Virus record (IMG/VR): IMGVR_UViG_3300017705_000602
Reading direction: 5' to 3' (one strand)
DNA: 64,000 nucleotides
From: a virus
Lineage: Duplodnaviria; Heunggongvirae; Uroviricota; Caudoviricetes
The notes under the pieces are model-generated. The model was not told where the DNA came from and did no database searches. It saw only the letters and a list, made by a program, of their open reading frames with translations. Positions 44,578 to 55,000 of this stretch are shown here, piece after piece. Position numbers and translations under genes: made by a program. Within the stretch, counting starts at the first letter, position 1. Every line of letters begins with the position of its first letter.

Positions 44578-45629
44578 GCTTACCATACATAGTTCAAGAT
44601 GATGGAATAACAGTCTTTGTTGACAAAAAGCCACATCATGTAAAATCAAGCAGTAAGAATTACACCAAGCTAAAACAAGCTTTAAAAAACAAAGAATGGG
44701 ACAAAGTCGAAAGTCTAGTGTCGTACGGTACTGCAATCAAGACATTCTCTCAAGGCAAAATGAAACTTGATCGCGGCGTAGTCACATACAACAACAAAGA
44801 GTTGCCGACTGAGCTTGCCAAGCGCATTATCAAAATGATCGACGAAGAAATGGACCTTGAGCCTTTGATCAAGTTTATTGAGCGATTGCACATGAACCCG
44901 AGTTTTAATTCGGTTCAGCAAACATACGCTTTTCTTGAAACTAACATGCTGCCTATCACTGACGAAGGGTACATACTAGCTTACAAAGTGGTAAAATTTG
45001 CCAACCAAAACAGCGACGAGCACGGATTCAAGCGCGGTGATTTGGTAGATTGTTACACAGGAACCGTTCGCAACAACATCGGCGACGTTGTTGAAATGGA
45101 TCGAAATCAAGTCGACGATGATCCTAATCGTTTGTGTTCGTTTGGTCTACATGGTGGCAGCGAAGGCTATTACAACTCGTTAAGACAAAGCCCTAACAAT
45201 GTCATGTTAGTGATCAAGATCGATCCAGTCGATATGGTAGCAGTACCCAAGTATCACCACGAAAGCAAGTTCCGATGCTGTAAGTACGAAGTTATTTCGT
45301 ACTTTGGTAACGATGGCGACAAAAAGCTCGAAGATGAGATTGTAGTAAACGAAAAGCAAGGTGCAAAGTCTTTTGATTCGAAAGTTGATACTCGTGCTCA
45401 AGTGCAACAAGCACTTGACATTGCAAAGGGCATGATCGACTCGTACAAACGACAGCGTCTAAGCAAGCAATCTGGTCACTGGGCATCTGTTGCAGGTCTA
45501 GTAGGATACTTGCAAGGTGCAGAACTTGGATCAGTTGACATCAACGATATTGCAAGAAAAATCACAGACGAGCTAGGCTTTATGTCAGCAGAAGTCAAAG
45601 ACAACAACTTGTATATAACTCGTGCATGA
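44574..45629 (+). CDS. rIIB: rIIB protein
   Basis: DEGYILAYKVVK, RNQVDDDPNRLCSFGLH, FRCCKYEVI match T4 rIIB blocks; ATGA overlap with rIIA. Confidence 0.8.
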   Translation: MSLPYIVQDDGITVFVDKKPHHVKSSSKNYTKLKQALKNKEWDKVESLVSYGTAIKTFSQGKMKLDRGVVTYNNKELPTELAKRIIKMIDEEMDLEPLIKFIERLHMNPSFNSVQQTYAFLETNMLPITDEGYILAYKVVKFANQNSDEHGFKRGDLVDCYTGTVRNNIGDVVEMDRNQVDDDPNRLCSFGLHGGSEGYYNSLRQSPNNVMLVIKIDPVDMVAVPKYHHESKFRCCKYEVISYFGNDGDKKLEDEIVVNEKQGAKSFDSKVDTRAQVQQALDIAKGMIDSYKRQRLSKQSGHWASVAGLVGYLQGAELGSVDINDIARKITDELGFMSAEVKDNNLYITRA

Positions 45630-45862
45630 TCATTTGTGTTTGCAATGCAATTAACGAGCGTACAATTGCAAAATGTGTAGTGGAGCATTCGTGCTCCACT
45701 GTTCGCGACTTACAACAGCATTTAAAACTTTGCGATCAATGCTGTTTGTGCAATCCTGAGATTAAAAGGATAATAAAAGAAAATGGCACACTACATACCG
45801 TACGAAAAGGCCAAGAACTTTGCAAATCATCGATGTCACAGTGCGACCATCACAGTCACTAA
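45626..45862 (+). CDS. BFD-like [2Fe-2S]-binding domain protein (bacterioferritin-associated ferredoxin-like)
   Basis: MIICVCNAINERTI...CSTVRDLQQHLKLCDQCCLC matches Bfd CxC..C..C spacing; ATGA overlap with rIIB. Confidence 0.6.
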   Translation: MIICVCNAINERTIAKCVVEHSCSTVRDLQQHLKLCDQCCLCNPEIKRIIKENGTLHTVRKGQELCKSSMSQCDHHSH

Positions 45863-46004
45863 CTTAGACCATAGCGCAATCGACGATCACATGTCTCACA
45901 GCAACGGTGGATGGACATATAGTTGGAACAATCACAAATCAGAACTAACTGTTTTTTCAACGGACCAGGAAGCATTGACTTACGTTTCGATGCTAGCGGA
46001 ATAA
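45783..46004 (+). CDS. small hypothetical protein (start uncertain)
   Basis: overlaps Bfd-like ORF by 80 nt in another frame; may start at a later ATG. Confidence 0.3.
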   Translation: MAHYIPYEKAKNFANHRCHSATITVTNLDHSAIDDHMSHSNGGWTYSWNNHKSELTVFSTDQEALTYVSMLAE

Positions 46005-46008
46005 AAAT

Positions 46009-46797
46009 ATGAAAGTAGGAATCATAGGACACGGATATGTTGGCAAATCAATCAGTTTGCTATATTGCATACACGAACAAATCATAGTAGACGTCGATAC
46101 AGCGCACACAGTTAACGACATTGACACTTGTGATGTAGTGTTTGTCTGCTTACCCACTCCCACTAAAAACAGCGTGTGCGACTATACAGTGCTTTTAAAC
46201 GAGGTATCTAAGCTGGTACATCTAGATGTACCTGTTGTTATCAAGTCAACTGTTACACCTGACTTCTTTGAACATGAGTCAGTAAAGCAAATAAAGCACC
46301 TGGTGTACTATCCAGAGTTTTTGCGCGAAGCACATTACGAATACGATGCACAGAATCCAACATACATGATACTTGCAGGCAGCAAACAAGATTGTCTTGC
46401 CATGAAGCACATAATCAGCACGGCAGTTTTGCATACAGTGCCGGTGTGTTATCAAACAGAAAGTTACCGAGCCGCATCATTGGCAAAATATGCTATTAAT
46501 TCGTTTCTTGCAACTAAAGTAGTGTTCATGAATGAACTAGAAAGTCTAGCAGGAGCAGATTTTGAACAAGTTGCGCACATGATGTCACTGGACTGTAGAA
46601 TCGGAAACACTCACTTGGATGTGCCAGGCCCAGATGGCCAGTATGGGTTCGGTGGTTCGTGTTTTCCAAAAGACACAAAAGCGTTGACATCATACGCCGA
46701 AGAAAGTAACATAGCGTTATCAGTACTAAAACAGGCATGCGAAACAAATGACAGCTATCGGCACAAAAATCGAATTCGACCTAACCACAAAAACTGA
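46009..46797 (+). CDS. UDP-glucose/GDP-mannose 6-dehydrogenase-family protein lacking the C-terminal UDP-binding domain
   Basis: GxGxxG in MKVGIIGHGYVG; catalytic-Cys block FGGSCFPKDTKAL; 262 aa covers NAD-binding and central domains only. Confidence 0.65.
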   Translation: MKVGIIGHGYVGKSISLLYCIHEQIIVDVDTAHTVNDIDTCDVVFVCLPTPTKNSVCDYTVLLNEVSKLVHLDVPVVIKSTVTPDFFEHESVKQIKHLVYYPEFLREAHYEYDAQNPTYMILAGSKQDCLAMKHIISTAVLHTVPVCYQTESYRAASLAKYAINSFLATKVVFMNELESLAGADFEQVAHMMSLDCRIGNTHLDVPGPDGQYGFGGSCFPKDTKALTSYAEESNIALSVLKQACETNDSYRHKNRIRPNHKN

Positions 46798-47269
46798 TCT
46801 CGAACGACTGCGTCGTCTCCAAGAAGATCATCGATGCACTAAATCTGACTCCGTTGAATATATGTGTCAGCAACTTGAAATTGATAATCTTGTTAAAACT
46901 TTGGATATTGATAATCGACGGTCCCGAAACTTACAGGCGTTTAATGCAGAGCTGTACAGTCACGGAGTAAGACAGTGGGCCTATCGTAAAAGCTTTATGG
47001 TTTCGATGCCAGCAGTACACAAGAAACGCGAAAAAGAATTCGGCATATATGTTCCGATGTGGGCAGTGTCTAGTCATTTCAGAATGCCATGTGCATGCGG
47101 AAACACTGACCAGCGTCAACTTGGGTGTAATATCGAATTATTTTTTCCGCCGGCACACGAAGGCAAAGTGATCGAAATCAATCATGAAAATGGCGCATAC
47201 AGTGCATATCTGTTTCATGAAGCACCATTTACGCCATCGAGCAACATGAAATACTGGTTATCAAAATGA
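46748..47269 (+). CDS. hypothetical protein
   Basis: 173-aa ORF overlapping upstream gene by 50 nt; no UDPGDH C-domain motifs. Confidence 0.45.
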   Translation: MTAIGTKIEFDLTTKTDLERLRRLQEDHRCTKSDSVEYMCQQLEIDNLVKTLDIDNRRSRNLQAFNAELYSHGVRQWAYRKSFMVSMPAVHKKREKEFGIYVPMWAVSSHFRMPCACGNTDQRQLGCNIELFFPPAHEGKVIEINHENGAYSAYLFHEAPFTPSSNMKYWLSK

Positions 47270-47592
47270 TAAAACTTTACATCGACGACCTGAGACAACC
47301 GCCCGACAACACCTGGGTGGTTACTCGGTCATATCAAGAGACTGTTGACTATATCGAAACAAATGGACTGCCTGCAACAATATCGTTTGATCACGATTTA
47401 GGTCTTGAAGAATCTGGTTATGATATTGCTAAATGGATAGTGGAGCAAATGCTTGATAAAAAACTTGACTTTCCCGAAGGCTTTAGTTATCATGTACACA
47501 GTGCAAATCCAGTTGGCAAGCAAAATATCGAATGTTTGCTAGACAACTTTGCTAAATACCATACAGAAAACAAAGGAGATAGTCATGTCTAA
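47266..47592 (+). CDS. hypothetical protein (CheY-like/receiver-like fold suspected)
   Basis: MIKLYIDDLRQPP...ISFDHDLG pattern; ATGA overlap. Confidence 0.35.
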   Translation: MIKLYIDDLRQPPDNTWVVTRSYQETVDYIETNGLPATISFDHDLGLEESGYDIAKWIVEQMLDKKLDFPEGFSYHVHSANPVGKQNIECLLDNFAKYHTENKGDSHV

Positions 47593-47761
47593 GAAAAAGG
47601 GCGTGAAGCAACAAAACTTTGTTGCCAAGTACGCCAGACAGTTCAACAAAGCCGCAGTACACCAAGATCAAACAAAATACAACAGAAAAAGAAAGCATCG
47701 TAATCATACAGACTACGATGCTTTTTTTATGCTTGACAAATCGGTAATGTTCAGTTTATAA
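47585..47761 (+). CDS. small basic protein with ArfA-like (alternative ribosome-rescue factor) sequence pattern
   Basis: AAGGAG RBS; KGVKQQNFVAKYARQFNKAAVHQDQTKYNRKRKHR resembles ArfA core; terminator hairpin overlaps 3' end. Confidence 0.4.
   Translation: MSKKKGVKQQNFVAKYARQFNKAAVHQDQTKYNRKRKHRNHTDYDAFFMLDKSVMFSL
47694..47727 (+). terminator. rho-independent terminator
   Basis: hairpin gcatcgta-...-tacgatgc followed by T7. Confidence 0.6.
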
Positions 47762-47827
47762 TCGATTCTACTGTGGTTTAGAGTTCGCTTTGATAAATTA
47801 ACAGTGAACAAATTGTAAGGAAGCACA

Positions 47828-48958
47828 ATGGCAAAGAAAGGATCAATCTCGACATCTTCGGGATTAACAAGACCAGATTATAAGAATATCAATCGTGAGA
47901 AAAAAACATTCACGAATGACTTTAGACGAGCGATGTATTATGTTCACTACGAAATCGCTGTCAAGAAACTAAAAGCCGAATCAATCAAGTATGCTAAAAA
48001 GCATCACCCTGAGCTAACTGAGTTAGACTCACTTGAAAATTATTACTATAGCGTTGTCGGTAAGCCTTGCTTGATCATAAACGCAGGTGGTCATATACCA
48101 GAGCGTTGGCAAGAGTACATAGACACTGAGCTTGTCGAATTGCATAAAAAAGCAATTGAAGTAAAAGCTGCCAAAGAAAAAGAAAAGCAAGAAACGCAAC
48201 CGGACAAAAAACCCGCACAGCAATACACTATACAAGATCGCCTGCGTGACCAAGCCGCAGAGGTTGCATCAATATTCGACGGATGGGTTGATGATTTCAT
48301 TATAGATCCGCGCAAGTTCAAAGCAGACAACTACGATCCGTATAAAGAAATGCAATTAGCCGATCTTAAAGCACAACATGTTAGGCACATTATAAACTTT
48401 TACGACACCGACGTAAAAGAGCTTGAATTAGTGCTTAAAAGCACAGATGCCGACCTTAACGAGGCCTACGATACATATACTAAGCCTCAGGTCAAAAAAC
48501 TGCTAAAATTGTACGAAAAAATTAACGATGCCGCTAATGTAATCATCGAGTCGAGCATGTCAAAACGCAAGCCTCGCAAAAAAGCAGTAAGCGCCGAGAA
48601 AAAAGTGTCCAAGTTAAAATACTTAGAGTCGTTTCCGAAACTTGCACTGGTTAGTAAAAACCCTATTGATATTGTCGGTGCAAAAGAAGTTTGGATTTAT
48701 AATACCAAAACCCGCAAGATCGGAAAGTATGTTGCTTTAGATGAAGCAGGGCTCGATGTAAAAGGTACTTCGATATTAAACTTTATAGAAAAGGATAGTA
48801 TCGAAAAGACACTGAGAAAGCCAGAAGTACAACTTAAAGAATTCAAGTCTGCAGGCAAAGTGGCACTTCGTAAGTTCTTGGATGGCATTAATGCAGTTGA
48901 TGTTAAGCTCAAGGGCAGAATGAACGACAACATTATCATATTAAAGATACAGGCATAA
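47828..48958 (+). CDS. hypothetical Lys-rich protein
   Basis: 376-aa ORF, AAGGAAGCACAATG RBS. Confidence 0.55.
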   Translation: MAKKGSISTSSGLTRPDYKNINREKKTFTNDFRRAMYYVHYEIAVKKLKAESIKYAKKHHPELTELDSLENYYYSVVGKPCLIINAGGHIPERWQEYIDTELVELHKKAIEVKAAKEKEKQETQPDKKPAQQYTIQDRLRDQAAEVASIFDGWVDDFIIDPRKFKADNYDPYKEMQLADLKAQHVRHIINFYDTDVKELELVLKSTDADLNEAYDTYTKPQVKKLLKLYEKINDAANVIIESSMSKRKPRKKAVSAEKKVSKLKYLESFPKLALVSKNPIDIVGAKEVWIYNTKTRKIGKYVALDEAGLDVKGTSILNFIEKDSIEKTLRKPEVQLKEFKSAGKVALRKFLDGINAVDVKLKGRMNDNIIILKIQA

Positions 48959-48959
48959 C

Positions 48960-49295
48960 ATGCATTACCCAAGTGGCAATATACATTCGTGTGTCAGCGA
49001 ACAGGATATAAAAAGTATATCGTGGCAACCTCACTTTTGCTTTCTGCCCAGGCGTCTTGAGAACGGTCGCCTGGCATGGCTTGAAACAGTTTATAAACGA
49101 AAGTCTAAAATGCACCTGTCTCGCTATCCCGACCATTCGCCGGGTGTGTTTCGTAGTATAGTAAAATTTAAAAAGTACGTGTTTATCGATCGGTACGAAT
49201 TCATGATTGAGAAATTAAAAGGTGACGACGAACCGTTTGCGAAAGTACAACATCTTTTTAGAAAACACAGAACAGGACATTTTAGAATATGGTAG
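48960..49295 (+). CDS. hypothetical protein
   Basis: 111-aa ORF. Confidence 0.45.
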   Translation: MHYPSGNIHSCVSEQDIKSISWQPHFCFLPRRLENGRLAWLETVYKRKSKMHLSRYPDHSPGVFRSIVKFKKYVFIDRYEFMIEKLKGDDEPFAKVQHLFRKHRTGHFRIW

Positions 49296-49744
49296 CCGGT
49301 CTCATGAATTATCTTAGACGTTATTCAAAAACATCAAGGGCAGAGTATCGTCGCACTATGCAAGCTCATGGTGCTAGCGGTACAACATCGTTTGAAATAA
49401 AAATTGATGTAATCGATGGCATCCAGTATGTTAACTGGCAGTCATGGTTTGCATGGAGACCTGTAAAAACAGTTGCGGGAGATTGGGTATGGTTAGACAA
49501 AATTTATCGCAGAAAGAATCACTTGGTGTTCAGTGAAATTGTTTCACGAAGTGCTCCTGTGAAATTTAAAACAGAACTGTGTAACTTTGTATATGCAGAC
49601 CAAGAATTGGTCACCATGGACTGCATTTGTGAGCCGGACAAGACCAGACAAATACCTGTTTTGCTAGCAAGCCCTAGCATGAATCGAGTTCAAATTAAAG
49701 TAAAACCCAACCGATCCTACAGTAACATACAACTCATAGAATAA
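49289..49744 (+). CDS. hypothetical protein
   Basis: 151-aa ORF overlapping upstream stop. Confidence 0.5.
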   Translation: MVAGLMNYLRRYSKTSRAEYRRTMQAHGASGTTSFEIKIDVIDGIQYVNWQSWFAWRPVKTVAGDWVWLDKIYRRKNHLVFSEIVSRSAPVKFKTELCNFVYADQELVTMDCICEPDKTRQIPVLLASPSMNRVQIKVKPNRSYSNIQLIE

Positions 49745-49794
49745 CACAACTTCTCTTTTACGATAAATAAAGTAAAAGATTAAAGGAGTTGTTC

Positions 49795-50547
49795 GTGTCA
49801 GAACAAATAAGTTATCGCAATCGGTTAGTAAACGAACTACGTTTGTTACTGGGCGATCAAATGATCGATGTCGAACTCGATCCTGAGCATTACGATCTTG
49901 CAATTACCATGTCGCTTGATCGTATTCGACAACGCAGTGACGGTGCGCTTGAAGAAGAAGACATATTCTTAACAGTGCAACCGTCAGAACAAGAGTACAC
50001 TTTACCCGAAGAAGTACAAGAAGTACGTAGACTTTATAGACGCGGCGTCGGCGCATACACATCAGGCGGTATCAACTTTGATCCTGTGGACGGTGCATTC
50101 TTCAATATTTATTTGTTGCAACCACAACGATCTGGCGGCCTTGCTAGCTGGGATTTTTATAACCAGTATCTTGAAACCACAGAACGTTTGTTTGCGTCAC
50201 AATACAACTTTGTGTGGTACAACAGTACTAAAACACTAAGACTTATTAGAAAGCCAACTGCAACCGAAGATGTCATGGTTCGAGTGTGGACTCGCAAGAG
50301 CGAAGATACACTATTTGTCGATCCTTACACAGGTCCGTGGATACGTTCGTACAGTATTGCACAATGTAAAGGCATGTTAGGACAAGCACGAAGCAAGTAT
50401 GCAAACGGCATACCGGGACCTCAAGGAAATGTAACACTTAACGGTGAAGCACTTATTCAGCAAGCCCAGCAAGAAATCGAACGTCTTGACATTGAGCTAG
50501 ACAATATATATACCGGTGGCGATGGCTACTCATTTATTATAGGATAA
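49795..50547 (+). CDS. hypothetical protein (possible tail/neck structural component)
   Basis: GTG start after AAGGAG; position just upstream of dNMP kinase and sheath genes. Confidence 0.45.
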   Translation: MSEQISYRNRLVNELRLLLGDQMIDVELDPEHYDLAITMSLDRIRQRSDGALEEEDIFLTVQPSEQEYTLPEEVQEVRRLYRRGVGAYTSGGINFDPVDGAFFNIYLLQPQRSGGLASWDFYNQYLETTERLFASQYNFVWYNSTKTLRLIRKPTATEDVMVRVWTRKSEDTLFVDPYTGPWIRSYSIAQCKGMLGQARSKYANGIPGPQGNVTLNGEALIQQAQQEIERLDIELDNIYTGGDGYSFIIG

Positions 50548-50550
50548 TGT

Positions 50551-50946
50551 ATGAGACTGAACGACTTATTTGAAAATCAGGCACCAAAATTAACAACTGC
50601 CGATCTCGACAAGCTCGAAAAGTACCTTGATGCACTGTATGCACAAGACAACATCGACTTCGAGTTTACCAGACACTTTCTTGATCGTGTTAACGATGCT
50701 CGCAATCGCAGACAAATAACATTTAACGAACTGCTAAAAATGTTCGGTAAAGCTGAACAAAAATACGGCAAGCAAATAGCCGGACTCGGAAATCGAGCAC
50801 AAGCAGTGATTACAGATGTAAATACACACATTAACAGTCCGTTTGTGTTAGAGTGGAATCCACGTAAGAAAATGTTTGATCTAATTGCAAAAACAGTAAT
50901 GCGCAAGCCAAACTTTAAAACCTCTAACCAAGTGCTAAAAGTCTAA
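50551..50946 (+). CDS. hypothetical protein
   Basis: 131-aa ORF. Confidence 0.5.
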   Translation: MRLNDLFENQAPKLTTADLDKLEKYLDALYAQDNIDFEFTRHFLDRVNDARNRRQITFNELLKMFGKAEQKYGKQIAGLGNRAQAVITDVNTHINSPFVLEWNPRKKMFDLIAKTVMRKPNFKTSNQVLKV

Positions 50947-50965
50947 TCACTAAAAAGAGAGTAAG

Positions 50966-51589
50966 TTGAAAAATATTGCAATAACTGGCCTTAAGGGTTC
51001 TGGCAAAGGAACCCTTGCTACCTACCTTGTTAAAACACATCGATACCAAGAATTAAGTTTTGCTTATGCACTCAAAGACACGTTGTCAGTTGTGTTTGGG
51101 TGGCCCCGTGATATGTTAGAAGGTAATACACCCGAATCAAGAAAGTTTAGAGAAACTGTCGATCCTTGGTGGAGCCGCGAACTCGGCATTGAAAATTTCA
51201 CGCCGAGATTTGCAATGGAGCATGTCGGTACTGAATTATTCCGAGATCGTTTTCATCCTCGTATCTGGGCACTAACAGTAAAAAACAAAATACAATCCAC
51301 TCACACTGTTATATCTGATTTAAGGTTTGTAAACGAATTTAAAACCATTAACGACAGCGTCGACTTAATAGTAAAAGTGTTGCCGAAGAAAACACCAGTG
51401 TGGTATTATATTGCCAAGCAAGCATTGCAAGGCGATGAAGATGCATATCGAGACATGCTCGAATCATTCCCGGAAGTACACAAAAGTGAATGGGAAACAA
51501 CTATTATACCTGCTGATATCGAAATAAGAAACGATTCGACAATCGAACACCTTGTACATAAATTCAACACTGCCATCAATATAGACTAA
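50966..51589 (+). CDS. deoxynucleoside monophosphate kinase (T4 gp1-like)
   Basis: TTG start; Walker A GLKGSGKGT; IAITGLKGSGKGTLATYLV...FAYALKDTL aligns with T4 gp1 IFLSGVKRSGKDTTADFIM...LAGPIKDAL. Confidence 0.7.
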   Translation: MKNIAITGLKGSGKGTLATYLVKTHRYQELSFAYALKDTLSVVFGWPRDMLEGNTPESRKFRETVDPWWSRELGIENFTPRFAMEHVGTELFRDRFHPRIWALTVKNKIQSTHTVISDLRFVNEFKTINDSVDLIVKVLPKKTPVWYYIAKQALQGDEDAYRDMLESFPEVHKSEWETTIIPADIEIRNDSTIEHLVHKFNTAINID

Positions 51590-51669
51590 TAAATAACCCG
51601 CCTATAAACACCTATTTTTTATTGAATGCGATAAATATTAGCAAAGATATAATCAAATAGGAGATTAGA

Positions 51670-54273
51670 ATGGCAACATTGACCAGTCCAGGCGTAAGCG
51701 TAAGCGTTATAGACGAGAGCGCATACGCAGGCAGCGGCGAAGGTACAGTACCTTTCATTTTAATTGCGACAGCAGAAGACAAAACGACACCTGACGGTGC
51801 AAGTGTTGCTGAAGGTACAACCGCTCAAAATGCCGGTGTGCTGTACAGAATAACCAGTCAGCGAGAGCTTATACAAACTTTCGGTGATCCAATTTTCCAA
51901 AGTGTTGGCGGCACAGTTTTAAACGGTAGTCCAATTAATGAATATGGTCTATTAGCGGCTCAGTCGTTTTTAGGCATTTCAAACAGTGCGTATGTGATGC
52001 GTGCTGATATCAACATGGGTCAACTAGAAGCATCGACACTGGTACCAACCAGTCCTGCTACAACTGGCACATATTGGATTGATACAGATGAGTCAGAGTT
52101 CGGGCTACATACATTAATACAAGATCCAGCTGACCCATCCGGTGTTATTTGGAATTCAGTTGACATTGACTATGTGTTTGTTGGTACAGCTGATAATGCA
52201 ATTGGTCTAGCAGGCGACTTCGCAGTAACAATCGACGAAACATCCGGCGAAATGATTTACCAGACAAATACCGGTGGCGCTTGGACAGGACTTGAAGTTA
52301 TTGATAACCCGAATAACTCAAACGAACCTGCAAAATTAATAGCAGGCGATATTTACCCTGTTAATGATGCAACTGGTAGTCCATTAGCGACTAGTGATAT
52401 CGATTACGCATTCTGGATAAAAACATCTGCCAATAACGGTGGCATTGACATTTCAGTAAAATTAAAATCGTCAATACAGTTCGAAACAATAAATGCACCA
52501 GCAGTTGCATTCGACACTGATTCAACTGTAACTGAAACAGCGGCAGTTGCGAAACTTGGCGGTTCAGTTACTGACGGCGATCATTATGTACGTGTTACAG
52601 CAACTACATCATCAACTGGTACAGACGACGGATTCATGAAAGCGGAAGTGTATACTTACGGTAACTTTACATGGTCACTACTATCTGGCTTTGAGGCACA
52701 AGCCGATGCGCCAAACGGACCGATTCCAGAAAATGCTTATTGGTACAATGCTGATGTCGGTTTAGATGCAGACGGTGAGTCTACAGTAGATTTACTAATC
52801 AACAACGGCACTGGTTCGTGGGAAAACGTAAAATTACCTGGAATTGACACCGCTGAACAAAACGGTGATTCAAGTACAGTTGAGCTTTATGCACAAACAC
52901 TTGATCCACTTGACGACTCAGGTGCAAATCCAGTTGCAGGTGATTTATGGCTTGATACAGCTGACATCGATAACTACCCGGCTCTTTACCGTTTAGTTGC
53001 AGGACGTTGGAATCGTGTTGATACTACGGATCAAACTACACCAAACGGCATTGTGTTTGCTGATGCTCGTCCATTTCCACGCGCTGATATTAACGGCGAT
53101 GGAACAGCAGGCTCAGGTATTAACAACGGCGCTGGCACTGCACCGAATCTTGATATTGATGTACCTGATCCGGATTTATACCCTGCAGGTGTATTGCTGT
53201 GGAACACAAGATATTCAACTCTTAACGTTAAACAACGTGAATACAACCGTTTAATTTATGTCGACGGTGGACAAGAGTTCTTCGGAGATCGTTGGGTATC
53301 AGTATCAGGAACTAATGCAGACGGTTCGTTGCGTGCAGGAGCAGACGCTCAGCGTGCAGTAGTAACACAAAAGTTTGCCGAGATACTTGTATCAAATGAA
53401 GAAATTCGCTCAGATGCAATTTCGTTTAACTTGATTGCTACACCTGGTTATCCAGAAGTAATCGACGAAATGGTTACACTTAATGTAGATCGTAAAGAAA
53501 CTGCATTTATTGTTGGTGACACACCGTTTGATTTACGCAACAACGGCACAGTTTTACAAAACTGGGCAACAAACGCAAATGGCGCGGCATCAAACGGACA
53601 AGACGGTCTTATTACAGCTGATCCGTACTTAGGTGTTTACTACCCATCGGGTCTTGCAACAAACACTGACGGAACAGAAGTTGTTGTACCGGCATCGCAC
53701 ATGGTGTTAAGAACAATGGCATTTAACGATCAGGTTGGTTACCCTTGGTTTGCGCCAGCAGGACTAAACAGAGGCCGCGTAACAAACGCAGTTTCAGTTG
53801 GTTATGTTGACGGCGAAGGCGAATATGTTCCAGTTACGTTAAACGAAGGTATTCGTGATACACTGTACCAAAACAATGTTAACCCGATTACATTTATTCC
53901 GGGCACAGGTATTGTAGTTTACGGACAGAAAACAAGAAACCCGTTTGCTAGTGCATTAGATCGTGTAAACGTTGCACGCCTAATTAACTACATACGAGAT
54001 CGTTCAGACGAAATTGCTCGTCCGTACTTGTTTGAGCCAAACGACAAGCAAACTAGAGATAGTATTCTTGACTCGTTTAACAGATTCTTTGCAGAGCTTG
54101 TAACACTACGCGGTGTTCAAGACTTCTTGGTAGTTTGTGATAGTTCAAACAACACACCAGCAAGAATCGATCGTAACGAACTTTGGGTAGATATTGCTAT
54201 ACAGCCTACTAAAGCTGTTGAGTTTATTTACATTCCGATCCGTATACGTAACACAGGCGAAAGCTTAGCCTAA
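51670..54273 (+). CDS. contractile tail sheath protein (gp18-like)
   Basis: N-terminal MATLTSPGVSVSVIDESAYA matches the sheath signature (xSPGVYxxEID.S); 867 aa; followed by tail tube gene. Confidence 0.75.
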   Translation: MATLTSPGVSVSVIDESAYAGSGEGTVPFILIATAEDKTTPDGASVAEGTTAQNAGVLYRITSQRELIQTFGDPIFQSVGGTVLNGSPINEYGLLAAQSFLGISNSAYVMRADINMGQLEASTLVPTSPATTGTYWIDTDESEFGLHTLIQDPADPSGVIWNSVDIDYVFVGTADNAIGLAGDFAVTIDETSGEMIYQTNTGGAWTGLEVIDNPNNSNEPAKLIAGDIYPVNDATGSPLATSDIDYAFWIKTSANNGGIDISVKLKSSIQFETINAPAVAFDTDSTVTETAAVAKLGGSVTDGDHYVRVTATTSSTGTDDGFMKAEVYTYGNFTWSLLSGFEAQADAPNGPIPENAYWYNADVGLDADGESTVDLLINNGTGSWENVKLPGIDTAEQNGDSSTVELYAQTLDPLDDSGANPVAGDLWLDTADIDNYPALYRLVAGRWNRVDTTDQTTPNGIVFADARPFPRADINGDGTAGSGINNGAGTAPNLDIDVPDPDLYPAGVLLWNTRYSTLNVKQREYNRLIYVDGGQEFFGDRWVSVSGTNADGSLRAGADAQRAVVTQKFAEILVSNEEIRSDAISFNLIATPGYPEVIDEMVTLNVDRKETAFIVGDTPFDLRNNGTVLQNWATNANGAASNGQDGLITADPYLGVYYPSGLATNTDGTEVVVPASHMVLRTMAFNDQVGYPWFAPAGLNRGRVTNAVSVGYVDGEGEYVPVTLNEGIRDTLYQNNVNPITFIPGTGIVVYGQKTRNPFASALDRVNVARLINYIRDRSDEIARPYLFEPNDKQTRDSILDSFNRFFAELVTLRGVQDFLVVCDSSNNTPARIDRNELWVDIAIQPTKAVEFIYIPIRIRNTGESLA

Positions 54274-54290
54274 TACGATAACTTAAAATT

Positions 54291-54319
54291 AAAAAGCAGG
54301 CGTTTGCCTGCTTTTTTTA
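54291..54319 (+). terminator. rho-independent terminator after sheath gene
   Basis: hairpin aaaaagcaggc-gttt-gcctgcttttttt. Confidence 0.75.
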
Positions 54320-55000
54320 TGGCCAGAAAATCAGTCAAGATGCTTGCGGTCTCACTAAATATCTTAGTAAAAATATGCAATCATTAGCACGAAGGTTGTA
54401 TATCCTGATATAAATCCCAAAGGAAGAACAGTCATTTATGACACCTGACGGTCGTAGTTAGGAGCATTCGTGCAGGCTTAAAACCGAAACCCTCGCTTCA
54501 GAGTTGTCACAAATCAGACAACATAATTCTGGCCGCAACACACTGTACCAGAATTCGGCGTCATGCTTAATAGCAGAGAACACTAACCGGGTCAATGCTG
54601 ACCGCCCGGAGGGGTTGTAAAATATACTAGTGGTGTGTTTTTATTTTCTCGTTGCGACAGCGAGATTCTGAAGATAATTTCATATATAAAAGAATACAAG
54701 AAGTGTATGAGTGAGTGAGTTTACGAACGAATACACTGAATTGTTTTGGAGTCGTGTTAACGACGACAACATGCAATCACTTGCGCTTAACATAGCTCTG
54801 AGTACATCAGTTGGTATTGCTTGCGCAACACCAATGAAATTTTAGTTCACTTCGTGTTCTCTAAAGAGAAACTCAGTAATCTAAAATTCGTTTTTCTTCT
54901 TTTATTCGTGTTTTCTTCATTTTGTCTTTGCTTTTGTCAGTGTAACTAGCCGGGAAAAATTTTCGAGACAGTTTTGATAAATATATGCAAATACAAGGAA
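54320..55000 (+). other. ~680-bp ORF-free, structure-rich intergenic region between sheath and tube genes
   Basis: no ORF >=60 aa on either strand; nested palindrome ccggGTCAatgcTGACcgcccgg, inverted repeat agtgtat...atacact, gagtgagtgagt repeat. Confidence 0.4.

Noticed and set aside
46009-47269. Possibility that 46009..46797 and 46748..47269 are one frameshifted full-length UDP-glucose dehydrogenase
   Set aside because: The second ORF shows none of the UDPGDH C-terminal UDP-binding motifs, so it is treated as a separate gene. A sequencing error cannot be excluded without reads.
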